IMG/VR virus record: IMGVR_UViG_3300025000_000123
Span: 1 to 57,077 of that record
Length of the DNA stretch: 57,077 nt
Direction: 5' to 3' (one strand)
Source of the DNA: a virus
Made by a program: the position numbers and the translations under genes. Position 1 is the first letter of the stretch. Each line of letters starts with the position of its first letter. The notes beneath the pieces are model-generated. The model saw nothing but the letters and a program-made list of their open reading frames with translations. It had not been told where the DNA came from and did not search any database. Shown here in pieces: positions 53,588-57,077 of this stretch.

Positions 53588-53782
53588 ATGGTTGACCTGA
53601 AGCTGGATGTGGAGCAGGCTGTGAGGAACGCTCGGGACGCTCGAGCCCGGGCTGCGATGTCACGCGTTGAGGAGCCGATCAGCACGTTAGAGGCACCAAC
53701 GTGCTACGAAATTCGCTGGGATCTGGTGATCTTTGGGGTGGGGTGCAGTGCGCTGTTTTTGGCTCTGTTGGTCACGTGTTGA
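53588..53782 (+). CDS. Small protein with C-terminal transmembrane helix (64 aa)
   Basis: AGGAGG 6 nt before ATG 53588. VIFGVGCSALFLALLVTC. Confidence 0.5.
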   Translation: MVDLKLDVEQAVRNARDARARAAMSRVEEPISTLEAPTCYEIRWDLVIFGVGCSALFLALLVTC

Positions 53783-53790
53783 GGTGCATT

Positions 53791-54138
53791 ATGGATCAGC
53801 CCCCACGGGAAACGATCTCCTACGCTCTGAGCCTGTTGGATCGGGCTGCGCTCAAAATGGCGCGCGACCGGCGGTTTTTCGTTGTGGAGCGTGAGACAGA
53901 CACGTCCACACCGGTTGCGCTCACAATGGTGTTTGAGATCACAGACCCTGGTCCGCAGGTGCTGACCGGGTGGAACGAGGCGCCGGAGCACGTCCAGTGC
54001 TCGTTTGTGCTCGCGTTCGACGGGGCGGGCACGGTGATCCGAAGCGCACCGATGGCGGCTACACTGTTGGGCCTCGAGGATGAGGATGAGCTGGCGGAGA
54101 TGGCTATCGGGCACTATTACGGGAGGATGGCGGCATGA
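53791..54138 (+). CDS. Hypothetical protein (115 aa)
   Basis: GAGGTG RBS before ATG 53791. ATGA coupling downstream. Confidence 0.55.
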   Translation: MDQPPRETISYALSLLDRAALKMARDRRFFVVERETDTSTPVALTMVFEITDPGPQVLTGWNEAPEHVQCSFVLAFDGAGTVIRSAPMAATLLGLEDEDELAEMAIGHYYGRMAA

Positions 54139-55076
54139 GGCTTGACCGTATCGGCGTAATTGGAGCCTCCCAGGTCGCCGCATGTCTCGGGCTGTCGCAC
54201 TGGCAGACCCCGGAGCAGGAGCGACAGAACATCCTGACCGGGCGGTGGGACACTCCGCCGCGGAAGACGACGGATCCGAAATATCTCGGGCAGAAACTCG
54301 AGCCCGCGTGCCTGGGACTTCTGCAGGATTGGCTGATAGAGCACGGCTTCGGCTCAGAGGGGCAGATCGAGGTGGTGCCATGGGATCTGTCCGTGCCGGA
54401 GATGGAGCGGACCAACGGCCGCCGGCCATCGCTGGTCCACCCTGACATCCCCTGGTTGCGGGCGACCCCGGACGCACCGGTCCGGATGGGCCAGATGCAG
54501 GCTCTGGCTCAATCCAAGGTGCCGACCCGAGGGCAACTCGGAGATACGCCAGAGCGCTGGGGGGACGCGGACGAATCCCGGCCAATGGAAGACCTCGACA
54601 GGTGGGGGATTCCGAGGATTTACGCCGTGCAAATGACGGTGGAGCTCGGCGTGGCGCGGGCGTGTGATTGGCCCGTCGAGTGGAACTTTGCCCCGGTTCT
54701 GGGTTTGCCCGGGCGCTTTTTCGATGTCTGGCCGCTCGAGTTCTCTCAGGCGGCGTTTGACGGACTGCTCGAGCGCCTGGTGCCCTGGTACGAACGGCAC
54801 ATCCGAGACGGCGAGCCTTGCCCCCCGGCGACGGTCCAGGAGGCGGTAAGCCGTCACCCTCGTAAACCGGTTGCTCGGGTGGACGCTGAGACAGAGCAGC
54901 TGTTACGGCGACGGGTGACCACCCAGGACGAGCTGAAGCGGCTCGAGGCGGCGCTCGAGCGGATGGACATGCAGATTCTGGCCGCCGTCCAGGGCGGCGC
55001 GGTGATTTACGGCTCATCGGGGCGGATTGGGACAATGACCGGCCGGAGGTTTCGGCCTGATAACAAATGGAGGTAG
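54135..55076 (+). CDS. YqaJ-type viral recombinase exonuclease (lambda Exo-like)
   Basis: N-terminal IGASQVAACLGLSHWQTP matches the YqaJ signature (GxSxxxxxxGxSxWxTP). Confidence 0.8.
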   Translation: MRLDRIGVIGASQVAACLGLSHWQTPEQERQNILTGRWDTPPRKTTDPKYLGQKLEPACLGLLQDWLIEHGFGSEGQIEVVPWDLSVPEMERTNGRRPSLVHPDIPWLRATPDAPVRMGQMQALAQSKVPTRGQLGDTPERWGDADESRPMEDLDRWGIPRIYAVQMTVELGVARACDWPVEWNFAPVLGLPGRFFDVWPLEFSQAAFDGLLERLVPWYERHIRDGEPCPPATVQEAVSRHPRKPVARVDAETEQLLRRRVTTQDELKRLEAALERMDMQILAAVQGGAVIYGSSGRIGTMTGRRFRPDNKWR

Positions 55077-55078
55077 GT

Positions 55079-56188
55079 ATGAGTGACGACATTTTTGATG
55101 CCGAACCGATTGAGGACCGAGTGGCAGCACTATCGGGTGAACCGCCGCTTGCTTTGGCGCTGCGGAACGGTGGGCAGATTCAGCAACTGCGCACGGACTT
55201 TGTGACCGCGCTGCAAGTGGCACAGCCCCGAGATATCCGGCTCGTCACGAAGCGGGCGATGGATGAGGCGGAACTCCTGGCGGAGCGCGGTTTCTACTCG
55301 TTCCCCGTGAAGGGCGGCCGGGTGGAAGGGGGCTCAATCGAGCTCGCCATGTGCCTGCATAGAGCGTGGGGCAACTGTCACGCGGATTGTGACGTGGTGG
55401 AGGCGGCAGAGAACCATGTCACGCTCAGGGCGCGCTTCATCGATCTGGAGAGCGGTGCCACGGTGGCCCGCGCTTTCCGAGGTTACGTTGCGCCGGCTCC
55501 CGCCAAGTTTGCAAGCGACCCGGCGCAGAGAGAGCGCTGGTACTCGATGCAGTTTGAGGCGAACCAGAGCAAAGCAATCCGCAACGTAATCCTTCGCGGC
55601 GTGCCGGCCTGGCTGCGAGACGAGGCATTTCGGCGCGCGAAGGAAAGCGCCGGAAAATTACTCCTGAAGGGCACGAGCCTTCCGGAGGCGCGGGCGAAAA
55701 TAGTGGACTGGTATCGCAGCATAGGGAAGTCGCAGACGGACCTTGAGCGGCTGCGGGATCGGCCCATGGGGAGCTGGACAGCCAATGACTGCGTTGAACT
55801 CAAGTCGACCTGGACGGCTATCAAGGTCGGCGATATTTCTGTGGAAGAGGTATTCGCCTCCTTCGAGGATGACACGCCCGCCAAGCCCAAGCAGACTGGC
55901 CCCACCCCCGCCGACCGTGCCCGAGTTCAGGCCCAGGCACAGACGGAGCAACCGCTGGCGCCAGTCCAGGAGACTCAGCAGGCGATGACAGCTGAGCAGC
56001 TGGAACAGGAGTATGGGTCAGCGATCGCGGCTCTGGGTGTCTGCCAGAGCCGGGATGACCTCAAGGATCTCCAGCGCTCCCTGCCCCGGGGCGGGACAGT
56101 TGAGCAGAAGAAAGCCCTGACCGAGGCGTTGAAATCGGCGAACGCACGGTTCAGCAACGGCAATAACGGCCAGCAGGCGCTGGTGTAG
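55079..56188 (+). CDS. Single-strand annealing protein candidate (Rad52/Sak-like)
   Basis: Synteny with the exonuclease. VEGGSIELAMCLHRAWGN resembles the Rad52 YIEGxxxIxLANxxFGxNGW segment. GGAGG RBS. Confidence 0.5.
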   Translation: MSDDIFDAEPIEDRVAALSGEPPLALALRNGGQIQQLRTDFVTALQVAQPRDIRLVTKRAMDEAELLAERGFYSFPVKGGRVEGGSIELAMCLHRAWGNCHADCDVVEAAENHVTLRARFIDLESGATVARAFRGYVAPAPAKFASDPAQRERWYSMQFEANQSKAIRNVILRGVPAWLRDEAFRRAKESAGKLLLKGTSLPEARAKIVDWYRSIGKSQTDLERLRDRPMGSWTANDCVELKSTWTAIKVGDISVEEVFASFEDDTPAKPKQTGPTPADRARVQAQAQTEQPLAPVQETQQAMTAEQLEQEYGSAIAALGVCQSRDDLKDLQRSLPRGGTVEQKKALTEALKSANARFSNGNNGQQALV

Positions 56189-56196
56189 GAGGGTTC

Positions 56197-56916
56197 ATGG
56201 ACTTCAAGGCAGTGACGACAGGCACCGAGGACAACCGATTGCGGGCAGCGGCCGAACGCATCATTCAGGAGATGATCGCTGCTGTGGAGGCGGACAAGAA
56301 CGGCTACCTGTCCACTCCGTCCGTTCAGGATGTGGAGCGCGCCGCCCATGACCTGGTATTGGAACTCATGGGGATCATCGGCGTGGACGTCTGTTTCAGT
56401 CTGACGGGCGCAAGGCCAGAACAGCCTCGAGCGGGCCTTTCACCCGCTCGAGGTGATGAAGAGGTCTCATCCACCCTGCAGAGAGGAGGTGTGCCATGCA
56501 CCCGCCGGCCAAAGACCGGCACGCCGGGGAGACATCCCGGCCGGAGCGCCTCGAGCCGAATACAGGGGCACCAGCCAAAACCGCCCGGTGGCACGGGCAC
56601 TACATGGAGTAATAGAATGGACCAACTCATTGTTGTCGCAGGTGATTGTGGTGTATACGTCGGGATGGCAGAGGGCGGCGCGGCCACTCTCGGTGCCGAC
56701 GGTCGTGTGACATTGAGACGTGCGCGCCATCTGCGGCGCTACTATGTAGCCGGGCGGACCGGCGACGGATCCGCCGGCGATCTGGCCGTGCGGGGTCTGG
56801 ACCCATCAAGCCCATCCATTGCCGATGTGGTGCCGGGTACTACCGTATTGCTTGGCGTTCGCCGGGCGTTCGATGTGGAAGAAACCGTTCAGGCTTCTTT
56901 CGGGGTACTGTCATGA
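56197..56916 (+). CDS. Open frame of 239 aa that probably fuses two genes (56197-about 56400 and 56617-56916) through a non-coding-looking middle
   Basis: GGAGGG RBS at 56197. The middle is Arg/Pro/Gly junk, contains a perfect hairpin and two CTCGAG read out of the Leu-Glu frame. Second ATG at 56617. Confidence 0.4.
   Translation: MDFKAVTTGTEDNRLRAAAERIIQEMIAAVEADKNGYLSTPSVQDVERAAHDLVLELMGIIGVDVCFSLTGARPEQPRAGLSPARGDEEVSSTLQRGGVPCTRRPKTGTPGRHPGRSASSRIQGHQPKPPGGTGTTWSNRMDQLIVVAGDCGVYVGMAEGGAATLGADGRVTLRRARHLRRYYVAGRTGDGSAGDLAVRGLDPSSPSIADVVPGTTVLLGVRRAFDVEETVQASFGVLS
56425..56453 (+). other. Perfect 11-bp-stem hairpin CCTCGAGCGGG-cctttca-CCCGCTCGAGG
   Basis: Read directly. No U-tract follows. 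Confidence 0.7.
56496..56612 (+). CDS. Possible small protein (38 aa), below the track cut-off
   Basis: AGAGGAGG 6 nt upstream of ATG 56496. Its single CTCGAG is read as Leu-Glu, unlike in the overlapping long frame. Confidence 0.35.
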   Translation: MHPPAKDRHAGETSRPERLEPNTGAPAKTARWHGHYME

Positions 56917-57077
56917 GCGGCTCCGGCGACGGCTACGGCTCCGGCGACGGCTACGGCGACGGCTACGGCGACGGCGACGGCGACGGCTACGGCTCCGGCG
57001 ACGGCTCCGGCGACGGCTACGGCGACGGCTACGGCGACGGCGACGGCGACGGCTACGGCTCCGGCGACGGCTCCGGC
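56913..57077 (+). CDS. 5' part of the (Gly-X)n protein (MSGSGDGYGSGDGYGDGYGDGDGDGYG...), runs off the window end and resumes at base 1/84
   Basis: ATG 56913 overlaps the upstream stop (ATGA). Exactly 55 codons lie before the window end, all Gly alternating with Asp/Ser/Tyr. Confidence 0.6.
   Translation, partial: MSGSGDGYGSGDGYGDGYGDGDGDGYGSGDGSGDGYGDGYGDGDGDGYGSGDGSG

Noticed and set aside
53241-53663. 140-aa minus ORF containing LTGHVHD and VLLLH, reminiscent of metallophosphoesterase motifs
   Set aside because: It contains only two short motif-like strings and has a junk Pro/Ser-rich N-terminus. It lacks an RBS and any internal ATG, and overlaps two RBS-supported plus-strand ORFs. It is kept only as an ambiguity note in the findings.
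53704-55092. 462-aa minus-strand ORF opposite the YqaJ exonuclease operon
   Set aside because: Pro/Arg/Ser/Ala-rich junk. The plus strand carries the YqaJ signature and coupled genes.

Overview
High-GC (roughly 60-65% by eye) 57-kb contig that looks like a complete siphovirus-type tailed-phage genome. Bases 1-83 are identical to 56995-57077, so the contig closes on itself (unit length about 56,994 bp). Five modules are visible. (1) A rightward early operon runs 53355 -> junction -> 5518: YqaJ-type exonuclease, Rad52/Sak-like annealing protein, a strict (Gly-X)n protein spanning the junction, a Rad50/SMC-like ATPase, a C5-cytosine methyltransferase with five tandem target-recognition-like repeats, and small Zn-ribbon proteins. 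(2) A leftward accessory operon of unknowns runs 11320 -> 5555, ending in a secreted Cys-rich protein. (3) A regulatory patch at 11393-12478 holds three palindromes phased at exactly 64 bp, a Fis-type HTH gene and a possible integrase relic. (4) A rightward cluster at 12485-16112 encodes Cys-rich small proteins, including a Lar-like restriction-alleviation domain. (5) One long leftward transcription unit runs 53049 -> 15975: Cro-like HTH, lambda-O-like initiator with in-gene iterons, DnaC-like loader, DnaB helicase, Cys-cluster and Gp37/Gp68 proteins, Dam-like methyltransferase, RuvC-like resolvase, TerS/TerL, portal, Mu-I-like protease/scaffold, capsid, connectors, tail tube, G/GT chaperones with an A8 -1 frameshift site, tape measure, tail tip/fibre genes and a CHAP endolysin cassette. 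No rRNA, tRNA, CRISPR array, transposase or reverse transcriptase was seen. The most unusual signals are: genome-wide over-representation of the palindrome CTCGAG, nearly always in frame as Leu-Glu, next to a multi-TRD C5 methyltransferase, a Dam-like MTase and a Lar-like protein; the (Gly-Asp/Ser/Tyr)n protein; an opposite-strand RHH-led three-gene cassette between portal and protease; and a tight cluster of four DnaA-box-like 12-mers 2.3 kb from the iteron origin. All product calls rest on motifs read by eye and on gene order; no database search was possible.
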